Shown one piece after another: positions 14,686 to 27,604 of a stretch of 64,000 nucleotides of DNA. The stretch is from Octopus vulgaris. Its lineage: Eukaryota. Position 1 is the first letter of the stretch. Each line of letters starts with the position of its first letter. Below the pieces are notes generated by a model. That model was not told where the DNA came from. It did no database searches and saw nothing but the letters and a program-made list of their open reading frames with translations. A program made the translations under genes and the position numbers. The stretch covers positions 20,894,001 to 20,958,000 of the forward strand of contig OX597832.1 in the NCBI GenBank assembly GCA_951406725.2. The letters run 5' to 3'.

Positions 14686-14997
14686 CACACACACACATAG
14701 ATATGCAGACAAACACACACTCATATACACACACATTCGTTCACACACACACACACACACACACACCTCACCGTCGCACCCATACAAGTTATGAATGACT
14801 TTGAGGACACGGTTCATTATCGTTTCCCTGCCTCCTTGCACACCTAGAGTGAAAAATGCGCATGCACTCACAACTATCATATGCATTTGTACACAAAGAA
14901 TCTCCCCCAGGTCTCTCCCTCTTTTCACTCCCCTCTCTCTCTCTCTCTCTTTTCTCTCATTTCTCAGTCATGTGTACTCTCCCAAGGTGGTCTGGAG

Positions 14998-15033
<36 letters not shown>

Positions 15034-15149
15034 ACACATACACACAAGGAAACATACATATACAGGCAACTGATATACGTTCATATATTTCTGTCTGTAT
15101 ATATGTTCATACATTTTGATGCAGATATATATACACACGCGCACATATA

Positions 15150-15221
<72 letters not shown>

Positions 15222-15397
15222 TATGCATATATATATGTATATATATATAGCGCACGCACGTGTATATATAATGCATTTAGGCATGCGTGGTTATATGGAG
15301 ATGCGTACACATACATGCATGTAAGTATACATAGCAAATCGAAGTAAAGGTATATACGTATATAAATTTACATACATATTCATATATATACAACTAA

Positions 15398-15447
<50 letters not shown>

Positions 15448-15500
15448 ATATAAGTGTGTGTGTGTACATTATGTGCGTACGTGTATATTATATATATGTG

Positions 15501-15544
<44 letters not shown>

Positions 15545-15704
15545 TATATATGTGTGTACACATGTTTGAGTGTCTCAGAGCGCATGTGCTTGGCTGTGTA
15601 CGTGAAAGATGAGCGACTGTCATTCACACGCATTCATACAGAGATGTCGGTGTACGCTTCGCTTGAGAAACTATAATCAATACGTAAAATTTAAGAAACA
15701 CAAA

Positions 15705-16020
<316 letters not shown>

Positions 16021-16200
16021 GGAAGATGATAATAAATGCATTATAGATATGGAATAATCCATTCCTAATTTAATATAATGTTCATATTTTGAAAATATAA
16101 TCAGAGGGCTTAATAACACCCACCCATACCTTCACATCCACACACACTCTCTTTTTCTTCCTCACACACAAACACACACAGAACCATACACAGAACTATG

Positions 16201-16234
<34 letters not shown>

Positions 16235-16294
16235 CATATACACAATTATATATATAGATATACATACACATATATATAGATATGTATGAATGTA

Positions 16295-16350
<56 letters not shown>

Positions 16351-17260
16351 TAAATATGTATACATATATATATATGCATATATATACACGTCTATATATG
16401 AATACATATGTGTGTGTGTGTGTTGCTTTTGCTTAATATTGTTTATCTCTTATTTTTCTTTCATTGTGCCATGTTTTTATACATTTGAGTTACTTTTCTT
16501 GTCTTTTATTATTTTTGTTGTTTTTTTGCTACTATTTACTGATGTTTTTTTCTTTTTAATTTTCGTGCGAATCACTATAAATTTAAGATATCTACATCAT
16601 AATTGTTTATCATTTTCAACAGTTTTTGCTCTCGTTTTCTCTACATTTTTTTTATATTGTCTCACTTATTTGGTTGTTTGTTTCCTTTCTTTATATTTCA
16701 GTTTTTATGAAGCATTTTTTATTTTTTATTTTACATCAGTGTGAAAAATATTATGGAAATAATTTTGAAGAAGATGGGTGGATTATAATTTTAACGATAT
16801 CAATATTTTTGCTATTAATTATGGTTTCTGCCTCAACCTCATATCCATACACTTGTCTTTATGTACTGGAGTATGAGCGTATACGCATGCGTGCTTATAT
16901 GCATATGTACGTACACACACATACACACACACATATATATGTAAATGTATATATAATAGACATATGCGCACCACAAAATGGCTAAAATAAAATACTATTT
17001 GGTGAGTTGGTAATGGTTAGCACATCTAAATATTTCTAAACCGTTCCACTGTTTTCTAAATACTCGCTACAGTCAGATGATCAGCTACGGGAAACTCTGA
17101 GTAATATCCGTCAAATGTAAATAATGTAAATAATGTAAACCTTTTAAATTCTGCCCTTATTTTCCGCGTGATTTTGGTGTCCACAATGAGGGGTATACTC
17201 TCTATGCGCTCGAAGTTGACGTACTGAGTAATTACGGATTTATTAACATTACAAACATGA

Positions 17261-17351
<91 letters not shown>

Positions 17352-17533
17352 CGAGGTGGTTCTGAAAAATTTCTGGCTTTAGGGGTATCGCAAAATGGCT
17401 GGCTGGGGACCCAAACTTCCGAGTCCCTTTACACAGCATAGACATCTGACACGGGAGTATGCTGAATAAGATCATAATTCACTATTTTATTTTATTTTAC
17501 CAAAAACCAGGATCGTTTCAGCCCCTCCCCTCG
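17352..17533. mobile_element. Tc1/mariner-type MITE
   Basis: TA|CGAGGTGGTTCTGAAAAATTTCTGG ... CCAGGATCGTTTCAGCCCCTCCCCTCG|TA: imperfect mariner-like terminal inverted repeats with TA target duplication, no coding capacity. Confidence 0.7.
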
Positions 17534-17535
17534 TA

Positions 17536-17608
<73 letters not shown>

Positions 17609-17925
17609 TGAGTGAGATACTTATATATATGTATATATACATATTATATACATATATATATATATTTATATACATGTATACATATATATGTATATATGAA
17701 TAAATCTATATATATATATATATATATATATGCATATATATATGTGCATATATGAGACGAATAATCGACTGGGTCTCGGTTGAAAGTGCTCATGCGAATG
17801 TGGTTCATATATGTGCAACAAATTATCATCTCAAAACAAGTTCATTAGCAAGAACCTCTTGGAGCAGTTTTCACAAACATACTAAGTTTAGGAATTGGTC
17901 TTACTTGGTGACGAGTAGACTGTCA

Positions 17926-18004
<79 letters not shown>

Positions 18005-18290
18005 TATATGTATATACATATGTATTTATATAAGTATGTACTTATATTCAATCACTTTTAACCCGAAGGAAAACAATGTTAGAACACCCAAAAACGATTT
18101 GACCTAATTTAATACGGATTAAAATTCAATTTTCCGACCGGCACTCGTGTTAATTGGGGTCACTTTAGATATATACTTTATAGCCACATCGGATTTCAAC
18201 ATATCCCCTTTTCGCTCCACTAGGTATGTTAAACTAGTCACATATAATTAAGTTAAATCAATTCGCTTCAAACTACGCTTGCTGAAGGAT

Positions 18291-18367
<77 letters not shown>

Positions 18368-18438
18368 GCAACAGCAACAACAACAATGACATCGAAAAAT
18401 ATCTTAGGAATGAGAACCCAGGTTTGAAATTTCCCCAA

Positions 18439-18483
18439 GACACCTGATGAAGGCTGGATGATTTATCAACGAAACGTTGTGTT
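18439..18483 (+). ncRNA. Minimal type-I hammerhead ribozyme fold, canonical core, decayed helix II
   Basis: GACAC|CTGATGA|aggctggatgatttatcaac|GAAA|CG|TT|GTGTT: helix I GACAC/GTGTT, palindromic AACGTT. Helix II is imperfect. Confidence 0.65.
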
Positions 18484-18539
18484 ACCAACAAACAATATAA
18501 ATAATGGAGAATAATTATATCCAATTGCCTGACATAGGG

Positions 18540-20035
18540 CCGTCCGTTTTTGAGGGTGGCGGGATGTTGATTATATCAACCAAGAACTCGATTAGTGCTT
18601 ATATTATTCTTTTATATTCTAGGCACAAGACCCGAAATTTTGGATGGAATGTGATCAGTCGATAAGATCGACCCCAGTACGCAACTGGTACTTAATTTAT
18701 TGACCCCGAACTTGGCTGACTTTGAACTCAAAGCGTAAAGACAGATGAAATACCGCTAAGCATTTTTTCTACTCTAGGCAGAAGGCCCGAAAGTTTGGAA
18801 GAGGGGGGCAGTCGATTGGATCGACTCCAATACGCAACTGGTTCTTACTTCATTTACCTCCAAAGGATGAAAAGCAAAGTCGACCTCGGCGGAATTTGAA
18901 CTCAGAACGTAAAGACAGACGAAATACCGTTAAGAATTTCACCCGGCGTATTAACGTTTCTGCCAGCTCGCCGTCTTTTTATAAGTCTTGCTTAATTGAC
19001 GCCGAAAGGGTCAAAATTAAAGCTGACCTTTTGGGATTTTCAGCTCAGGACGTAAAGACGGCCGAAATGCCGTTGAACATTTTGTCCTGTGCGCTAAGGC
19101 TGTTGACAGTTCGCCATCTTACAACGATAACCACAATAATTCTTTTTACAATAAATACAAAGCCTGAAATTTTATGTGGCCGGAGTATGGGTATGGGCGG
19201 TGATCTGGCAGAAAGGTTAGCGCGACAGCAAAATGCTTAAGTATTTCGTCTGCCGCTACGTTCTGAGTTCAAATTCCGCCGAGGTCGACTTTGCCTTTCA
19301 TCCTTTCGGGGTCGATAAATTAAGTACCAGTTACGCACTAGGGTCGATGTAATCGACTTAATCCGTTTGTATATCCTTGTTTGTCTCCTCTGTGTTTAGC
19401 CCCGCGTGGGTAGTAAAGAAATAGGTATGGGTCTAGTCGATTACATGAACCCCAGTCCTCAGCTGGCACTTATTTCATTGATCCCGAAAGGTTAAAAGGC
19501 GAAATGGATCTGATTGGTATTTGAATTCAGAACGTAAAGACGGGGAAAATACCACATTCTGTTTTGTTCCTTAAAGGTTCTGCCCGATCGCCGTTCTATA
19601 TATAAGAACAGAAATAATCCTTTTTACTACAGGTCTGAAATTTCGGAGCAGGGTACATGTAGATTTCATCGACCCCAGTCTGCAATTTTATCGACCCAGA
19701 AAGAATAAAGGGCAAAGTCGACCACGGCAGAATTTGAACTCAGAACATGAAGACGGAGGAAATGCCACTGGGCAATTTTCCCTCCGTGCTAACGATTCTA
19801 CCAACCTGCCTTCTTAATAATGAGAAAAATAATCCTGTCTACAAAGAGCACAGCAGGGGGAATCTGAGGGGAGGGACTAATCGATTACACTGACTCCAGT
19901 GTTTAGCGTGTACTTATTTCATCAACCAGTTAAATGATAAAAGGCAAAGTCGACCTCGACGGGATTTGAACCCCGAATGTCAAGACGGACTAAATGCCGC
20001 TAAGCATGCTAACGATTCTGCCAGCTCGACGGCAT
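18540..20035. mobile_element. Cluster of about 7-8 SINE family B copies (mostly minus; one plus copy at 19196-19423 nested in a minus copy)
   Basis: Repeated AAAGTCGACCTCGGCGGAATTTGAACTCAGAACGT-like blocks near 18710, 18880, 19020, 19510, 19720 and 19950, with the reverse-complement copy at 19196-19423. Confidence 0.85.
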
Positions 20036-20039
20036 AGTA

Positions 20040-21630
20040 AGAATAGAAATAATAGCCGCAGTAATAGCTCCAACAACAACAACAACAACAACAACTGCAG
20101 CAATGGCAGCGAAAGTCTAACACTAACACAACCAGCAGCAACAGTAGCCGTCCAAGAATTTGTACCTGGAGATCTCCATTTCCAGCGACTTCGAAGGCCA
20201 CCTCCCAGTGGTGTCGGGCGTCAACGAAGAGCCCTCGACTACAACAAGACGACCAAAGTTTTTTTTTCTAAGGTCTGGGGTCTCCCGCCCCTAAGCCCTA
20301 GACCATCACTTAATCACCCTTACACGTCTTGTTGCTTAACAACAACAATAACAGCAACAGCAGAAGCAACAGCAGCAAATGCAGCAATAAGAGGAAAATA
20401 CCCGCTGATGCCCAACTACAACGATGCCAACAAGAATATCAACAACAGACCTCGCGATAGATAAGCAGGAATAAGGAGATGTTCAACAGAAACGATTACA
20501 ACAACAAGAAGAATAACAGCAACAACAACAATAACAGCAACAATAGTGAAAGACGCATATCAGCAGCAACAACTACAGCAGCAAAAACAACAAAAAGAAG
20601 GGTAATAGCAATAACGGCACGGTGTAGTAGCTGTTAACTGCAACAGTGAGAACAACTAACTGCAGAAGATGCAACTACGACAACAGAACTACAAATGTAG
20701 CAATCAACAAATGTAGCAATCTTAAGAACCACCAGCACTACCAACAACAACAACAACAAACAACAAAAGGGGTTTTAACTGCAACGGTAACAATTTCAGC
20801 AGCAACAATTCTAGGAACCTCAAAACTACCACAACAAAACCAGTAATAACACCAGCAACAACAACAACAACAATAGCAACAAAGGGAAGAGTAATAGCAA
20901 TAAAGGCACGGAGTAGTGACTGATAACCGCAACAGTAAGTACAGCTAACTGCAGCAGATACAAAGTACGACAACCGAACAACGCCGGCAGCAACAGATGT
21001 AGCAATCATAAGAACCACCAGCACTACCATCAACACCACAACCACCACACTACCAGCAACAACAAATACAACAACAACAACAACGATCAACAAGAAGGGT
21101 TTCTGCTAATCATCATCATCATCATCGTCGTCATCGTCATCATCATCATCATCATCATCTTCTTCTTCTGCTTCTTCTTCTTCTTCTTCGTTCTCCGGCT
21201 TCTTCTTCTGCTTCTCCTTCTTCAATATTTTCTTCTCCTTCTTCAATTTCTTCAATTTCTTCTTCTTCTTCTTCTTCTTCTTCTTCTTCTTCTTCTTCTT
21301 CTTCTTCTTCTTCTTCTTCTTCTTCTTCTTCTTCGTTCTCCTTCTCCTTCTTCTTCTTCAACTTGTTCTCCCTCATCGTGTACAACTTTTCCCTATTCTC
21401 CTCCTCTTCTTTTCTCCTTCTTCTTCTTCTTCTTCTTCTTCTTCTTCTTCTTCTTCTTCTTCGTTCTCCTGCTTCTCCTTCTTCTTCTTCTTCTTCTTCT
21501 TCAACTCGCTCTCCCTCATCGTGTACTACTTTTCCCTATCTTTTCTCCTCTTCTTTTTCTCCTTTCTGCAACGGTAACAATTCCAGCAGCAACAACTCTA
21601 GGAACTCCAAAAACTACCACAAGCACCAGT

Positions 21631-21679
<49 letters not shown>

Positions 21680-21710
21680 GCAGCTACAACAGCAGCTACA
21701 GCAACAATGG
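20040..21710. repeat. (CAA/CAG)-rich region containing a duplicated unit of about 290 bp and an inserted (CAT)n/(TTC)n block
   Basis: GTAATAGCAATAA.GGCACGG..ATGTAGCAATC.TAAGAACCACCAGCACTACCA..CTGCAACGGTAACAATT occurs at about 20590-20860 and again at 20880-21106 plus 21563-21640. Confidence 0.85.
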
Positions 21711-21999
21711 CTGCTGCTGTAGTTTAGTACCCGTCGGTGTGGTGTTGGTTTGCAGGCAAACGGATCTGCCTCACATCAATCATGTCTGTCATGAGCAATT
21801 TATTTCTGATAACCGAAAATTTATTCGGAAGAAAAGCGTAAACTGCCGGGAGGCAGATAACTTTTGGAAGCCTTACCGACAGGGGAGAAAATACAGGAAG
21901 CCGAATAACAGAGATGGAGTACAAAGCGGCTTAACGATGGAAACGGGTGGCGGAGGTGAGGTGTGGGGAGGTGAGGGAGGTTGATGGGAGGATGGGGGG

Positions 22000-23315
22000 A
22001 AAGAAGAAGAAGAAAAGAAGGAGAAGAGGAGGAGAAGAAGAAGAGGGAAAAAGATGAATAAGAAGATTAAGAAAAATAAGAAGAAGGAGGAGGAGAAGAA
22101 GAACGCGGAGAAGGAGAAGAAGAAAAAGAAGAAGAAAACGAAGAAGAAAACGAAGAACAAGAAGAAGAACAACAACAAGAAAGAAGAAGAAGAAGAAGAA
22201 GAAGAAGAAGAAGAAGAAGAAGAAGAAGAAGAAGAAGAAGAAGAAGGAGGAGGAAGAGAAGTTGAAGATGGCGAGGAAGAAGTGGAAGAAAAAGAAGCAG
22301 AAGAGCAGAAGAAGAAGAAGAAGAAGAAGAAGAAGAAGAAGAAGAAAAAACAACAACAAGAAGAAGAGGAAGAACAAGAAGAAGAAGAAAACGAAGAAAA
22401 AGAAGAGAAAGAAGAAGAAGAAGACGAAGAAGAAGAAAACGAAGAAAAAGAAGAGAAAGAAGAAGAAAACGAAGAAAAAGAAGAGAAAGAAGAAGAAGAA
22501 AACGAAGAAAAAGAAGAGAAAGCAGAAGAAGAAAACGAAGAAAAAGAAGAGAAAGCAGAAGAAGAAAACGAAGAAAAAGAAGAGAAAGAAGAAGAAGAAG
22601 AAGAAGAAGAAGAAGGAGGAGGAGAAGAAGAAGAAGAAAACGAAGAAAAAGAAGAGAAAGAAGAAAAAGAAGAGAAAGAAGAAGAAGAAGAAGAAGAAGA
22701 AGAAGAAGAAAATGAAGAAAAAGAAGAGAAAGAAGAAAAAGAAGGGAGAAAAGAAGAGGAGGAGAATAGGGAAAAGCTGTACACGATGAGGAAGAACAAA
22801 TTGAAGCAGAAGAAGAAGAAGAAGAAGAAGAAGAAGAAGAAGAAGAAGAAGAAGAAGAGAAAGAGAAGCTGAAGATGGCGAGGAAGAAGAAGAAGACGAA
22901 GAAAAGAAGGAGGCGGAGAACGTTGAACATGGCGAGGAAGAAGACGAACAACAACAACAACAATAAGAAGAAAAACAAGAAGAAGAGAAGAAGAAAGAGG
23001 AGGAGGAGGAGAAAGTTGAAGATGGTGAAGAAGAAGAAAAAGAAGAAGAAGAAGGAGAAGGAGAAAAAGATGAAGAAGAAAGAGAAGAAGGAGAAAAGAA
23101 GAGGAGGAGATTATGGAAAAGCTGTACACGATGAGGAAGAACAAATTGGAGCAGAAGAAGAAGAAGAAGAAGAAGAAGAGTGAAGAAGAAGAAGATGATG
23201 ATGATGATGATGACGATGATGACGACGATGGCGATGATGATGATGATGATTAGGAGAAAGATAAAATATGGGAGAGAAAGAGGTTGTACGAAAACTAAGA
23301 AAGTAAAAACACCAA

Positions 23316-23357
<42 letters not shown>

Positions 23358-23360
23358 CGA
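22000..23360. repeat. (GAA)n-derived purine tract with about 30-bp higher-order units, then (GAT)n and (GAC)n
   Basis: Repeated GAAGAAGAAAACGAAGAAAAAGAAGAGAAA at about 22380-22740. Confidence 0.95.
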
Positions 23361-23559
23361 CCAGAAGGAGGAGGGTGAGGAAGGGGGTTTCCTGATGATG
23401 TTCTTACAATTTTTGCAGCATATATTTTCCTTGCGTTTTTACTTTCGTATCTCCTTAGTTTCCGTTTTATTTCTCATTGCATTCCACTCCATATCTGAAT
23501 GTCGTTCAACTTTCTTCACACTACGAGCTGATCTGTCTCGCTTTGTATCATTACCTCGC

Positions 23560-24620
23560 CATTTTCCTCCTTTTTTCTTTTCAGATCACTAGTTGTTTAT
23601 TTCTCTTCATATCACCTGCAGTTTTTTTTCTTTCGTAATATCTCTAACATCACTGTCTGATCAATATGTTCTTCATATGTCCAGCTAGTCAGTCCATTCA
23701 CATATCACTGCCTAATATATATGTAACTTCGTAACGTACCCATCATGATATCAACGGTTAGATAATATCTCTACATGGTTCATTTTGTCGAATCAGTCCT
23801 TGGTTCATATCTAACTGTATCAGCAACTGGTCCATCTTTTATCACATGACTACCTCAGACATATTTCTTCGTTCTGCTAGCTTGTTCACTCTAAGGCCAT
23901 TAGGTGGCCTAATTTCCTTTCTACCATAGCTTTATCTTGTATCAATACTTGGTCCTTCCGTCCGTCAGTCCGTCCTACTACCCCAAACTGGTCCGTCTTG
24001 ACGTAACTCTCTGGTCCTTCGTCTGCACATTTACCAGGTACATCTTAATACTATTTTAATGCCACTTGGTAGTCCTTCATTCTTCATGTCACTATTTACT
24101 ACATTTAAATATGACTTCTGGGTCTTCTTTCTTCATATCACCAGCAGTTCGATGCTGATGTCAATACCTGGTCCATCTTAATACTACAAAATGGTGCACC
24201 TTCATACGATTAGGCAGTCTGCCTTTTCTCCCTGCAATTCTACAATTCACCATATGATATTCTATATCTCCGTTCATTCCACAATCTGACCCACCTTAAG
24301 ATTACTAGTGGTTCCAGCTTCCTTCGTGGCACTAGCTGTTCCATCTTTGTTCGCATAACTGCCTTCTCTTTGAGCCATCTTCTTTCGTACCATTTGCTGG
24401 TTTGCTGGTTCATCTTAATACAGCTAGTGGTCCATCTTCCCTCATACGACTAGCAGTCTTCTTTCCTAATAACAGTAGAGGTCCAATTTACGCTACATCA
24501 CGAAATATTCAATAATTCTTCGTACCAGCAATTATAGTTCATCTTTCTTCACATCACAAACTGGTCACCTTTTTTTCGTGCCGCAAATTGTTTCATCTTC
24601 ATTCATAACTCTAGTTATGA
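23560..24620. repeat. Highly degenerate minisatellite of about 27 bp
   Basis: Recurrent (G)GTCCATCTT..TTCATATCACTAGC-like units, clearest at 24300-24460 and 24535-24615. Confidence 0.6.
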
Positions 24621-24965
24621 AACACGGACAAACAAGTGTCATTCTTCATATTAGCCATTGTTTTGCATTCATGGCAGTAACTATTGTTATGAAGGTAGAA
24701 TAATGGGCTAACGATATGAAACCACCAATTGATTCATCGTCAAATCTCTAGCTCAGTGCTACACAAAGTGCACCATGATCTTCTCCTTGATTATCATCAT
24801 CATCTCCAGCAGCAGCTGCAACAGCAAGGACAACATTGTCGTTGCTGTTTCGTCATGAACCACCACCATCATCATCATCATCATCACCATCATCATCATC
24901 ATTTTTAGTGCCATCATTCATGATCACCGTTGACATGCTCATCGTCGTCTTTATCACAATGGTCG

Positions 24966-25012
<47 letters not shown>

Positions 25013-25358
25013 GGCGCAGTAGTGGCTGTGTGGTAAGTAGCTTGTTTACGAACCACATGGTTCCGGGTTCAGTCCCACTGCGTGGCACCTTGGGCAAGTG
25101 TCTTAAACTATAGCCTCGGGCTGACCAAAGCCTTGTGAGTAGATTTGGTAGGCAGAAACTGAAAGAAGCCCGTCGTATATATGTATATATATATATATAT
25201 ATGCATGTGTGTGTCTGTGTTTGTCCCCCTAGCATTGCTTGACAACCGATGCTGGTGTGTTTATGTCCCCGTTACTTAGCGGTTCGGTAAAAGAGACCGA
25301 CAGAATAAGGCGGTGCTCCAGCATGGCCGCAGTCAAATGACTGAAACAGGTAAAAGAA
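25013..25358 (+). mobile_element. SINE family A (tRNA head plus CORE-like domain; OR2-like), near full length
   Basis: A-box-like TGGCTGTGTGG, B-box-like GGTTCAGTCCC, CORE-like ACCTTGGGCAAGTG, internal (TA)/(TG) tract, tail CAGCATGGCCGCAGTCAAATGACTGAAAC. Flanked by (TA)n. Confidence 0.85.
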
Positions 25359-26080
25359 TATATATATATATATAATTCGAAATGTATAGTATTAAATATT
25401 CTTTTTTTTTTTTCAACATCTTCCCTATACACTGCTCCAGCCTGGCCTAGACACCAATGTCTAGTACCATCTAAATCTTGAACAACAAAATACTCCATCT
25501 TTTTCTGTCTCAGATATTTCAGCATCTCTCTCGCCTCGTTACTCTCTCCGATTCTCCTGTCCCCTTTCTCTTTCTCTCTCTTTCTCTCTCTCTCCATTTC
25601 TCCTTCTCTCTCTCTCTTTCTTTCTCACTCTCTCTCTCTCTCTCTCACTTTCTCTTCCCCTCTAATGTATCTTTCCCATTTTTGTGCTTCTCCAAAATTT
25701 ACTTTCACCTTTTCTTTTCTACAAGTTTGTTTGCATTACAGACTTCACTCTATCTGTCTCGCTGCACACAAACACACACAAACATACACATACTTACATA
25801 CACAGGTGTTTTTTTATGTATATATAGATATATGCAATATATATGTGCGTGTGTGTGTGTGTAAGTCTATATATATATGCGTGTATGTTTGTGTGTGTAT
25901 GTGTATGTTTGTATGTATATACATATGAATGCATGTATATATATAAATATATTGTGAATATGTATATATATATATATGCACATATACGTATATGTATACA
26001 TGTATTTATGTATATATAAATATTTGTATATCTATGTGTATGTAAATGTATACACACAAAGATAGATAGACAGACAGAAT

Positions 26081-26135
<55 letters not shown>

Positions 26136-26142
26136 GCATACC

Positions 26143-26255
<113 letters not shown>

Positions 26256-26584
26256 AAGAGTGTAAGTCTGTGCGCGCGCGTGTATGTGTGTATACCTGAA
26301 TGACAGACACACTTAGAAAGAGATAGACGGATGGGCTGGGAGCTGGAAGTTTAGAGACAGTGAAAGAGAAAAGGAGAGTGACAGAAAGAGCGAAAAATAG
26401 ACAGAAGGATAGGAGAGAAAGATAGAGAGAAAGAAGGAGAAAAAACGAAAGAAAGAGCGAAAAATAGACACAAGGAGAGGGGGAGAGATAGGGAGATAGG
26501 GAGAGACCGGATGAGAAAATAGTTAATGGTAGATAATGCCATAAAAACTATTGTAATAGTGTTATTTTTGAAGTGAATTTATTT

Positions 26585-26870
26585 CAACCGGAAATTGGCT
26601 ACAACCGGAAATCGAGTGATACAGTTGGGTGAATCGGTAAGAGAGTGAGACTGTAACGAACGGATTGGAGGTTCGTGTATTATCACTGTTGTAGTACTGT
26701 TTTTACACTTAGCGACTAACAACCGACTTTGTATCTCAGAAGGTTGTTCGTGCCGTAATAACGAAACCAAGGCGCCAAAGTATGTCGCAAAATGGCGGCT
26801 CCACCTTACTGTGATCAACAGCAGAAGTGTAGTATTTAATGAGAGCTCGTGTTGTGCAACTTCCGGTCAT
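26585..26870 (+). promoter_or_regulatory. Promoter-like motif island (ETS x3, CCAAT, E2F, YY1/ATG)
   Basis: ACCGGAAAT at 26587-26595 and 26604-26612, ATTGG twice, GGCGCCAAA at 26771-26779, CAAAATGGCGGC at 26788-26799, ACTTCCGGT at 26859-26867. CpG-rich relative to flanks. Confidence 0.45.
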
Positions 26871-27136
26871 CCTGTTCTCTTCGTACACGTCTAGACGTCT
26901 ACAGACTAGACCAGTTTAATAATAAAAAAAGAAAGATAAGGAAGAATAATAAAGAACAGAATTACAAGGTAATAAAGGGGCCTAGGTGGTCAAAGAGTCT
27001 GCTAGAAATAGCAACAAATCATGATGATGGACTGTGAAATATTAGCAAACTCAACATTGTGTAAAACATCACTGATTCTTCAATATAATCGAACGTCAGC
27101 CCGCACGCATTATGTACATGGATAGATTTATGCATG

Positions 27137-27223
<87 letters not shown>

Positions 27224-27364
27224 CGAGAGAGATGTACTTGCATAGCAAGTGACCTGATCTGAGATGGTGTGCTGGAACGAAAACAATTGCAGCATGGAAA
27301 GTGATTATAACCCATTTAAGAACCACACTAAAACCATTAGGTTCCCTTCAACATTTAAATTTAA

Positions 27365-27415
27365 TTTGTCAAAATATTTTCGTCGCTTTGAGACCGCGAC
27401 CTGTTCACTGTCAAA
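27365..27415 (-). ncRNA. Minimal hammerhead fold, G3-C8 compensatory core
   Basis: Minus strand TTTGACA|GTGAACA|g GTCGC-ggtctcaaa-GCGAC|GAAA|ATAT|TT|TGACAAA: 6 of 7 bp in helix I, perfect 5-bp helix II, palindromic AAATATTT. Confidence 0.68.
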
Positions 27416-27604
27416 ACTTCGCACGGAGAATAAAAGTAGAAATGAAAATAGAAAATATGTAAACATATTGTAGTTGCAGTTTCAAAGTGGTGTATAGAAG
27501 TGGTAAAAAAGTTTCCTGTATATGGTATGTAAGTTCCAGTAGCAGTTCATGTGTAGTCATTTCAAAGTATGGAGCCGTCGATTCTGTTTTGCTCATTTGA
27601 TATA

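Noticed and set aside
17070-17105. CAGATGA..GAAACTCTGAGTA hammerhead-like motif
   Set aside because: Stem III is present, but helix I and helix II are broken. At most a decayed relic; not counted.
18540-20035. Regularly recurring repeats resembling a CRISPR-like array
   Set aside because: Units are diverged SINE copies of about 200 bp in eukaryotic DNA; no constant repeat-spacer structure and no cas genes.
20140-20330. GC-richer island inside the CAA-rich region
   Set aside because: No frame gave a recognisable protein; may be an unidentifiable transposon fragment.
22054-22872. 272-aa Glu/Lys-rich ORF (and a 423-aa antisense ORF)
   Set aside because: Pure (GAA)n-derived sequence lacks stops in most frames. 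No domain, and part of it recurs inverted at 21107-21562.
25013-25085. tRNA-like A/B box sequences
   Set aside because: These are SINE heads continuing into SINE bodies, not cloverleaf tRNA genes.
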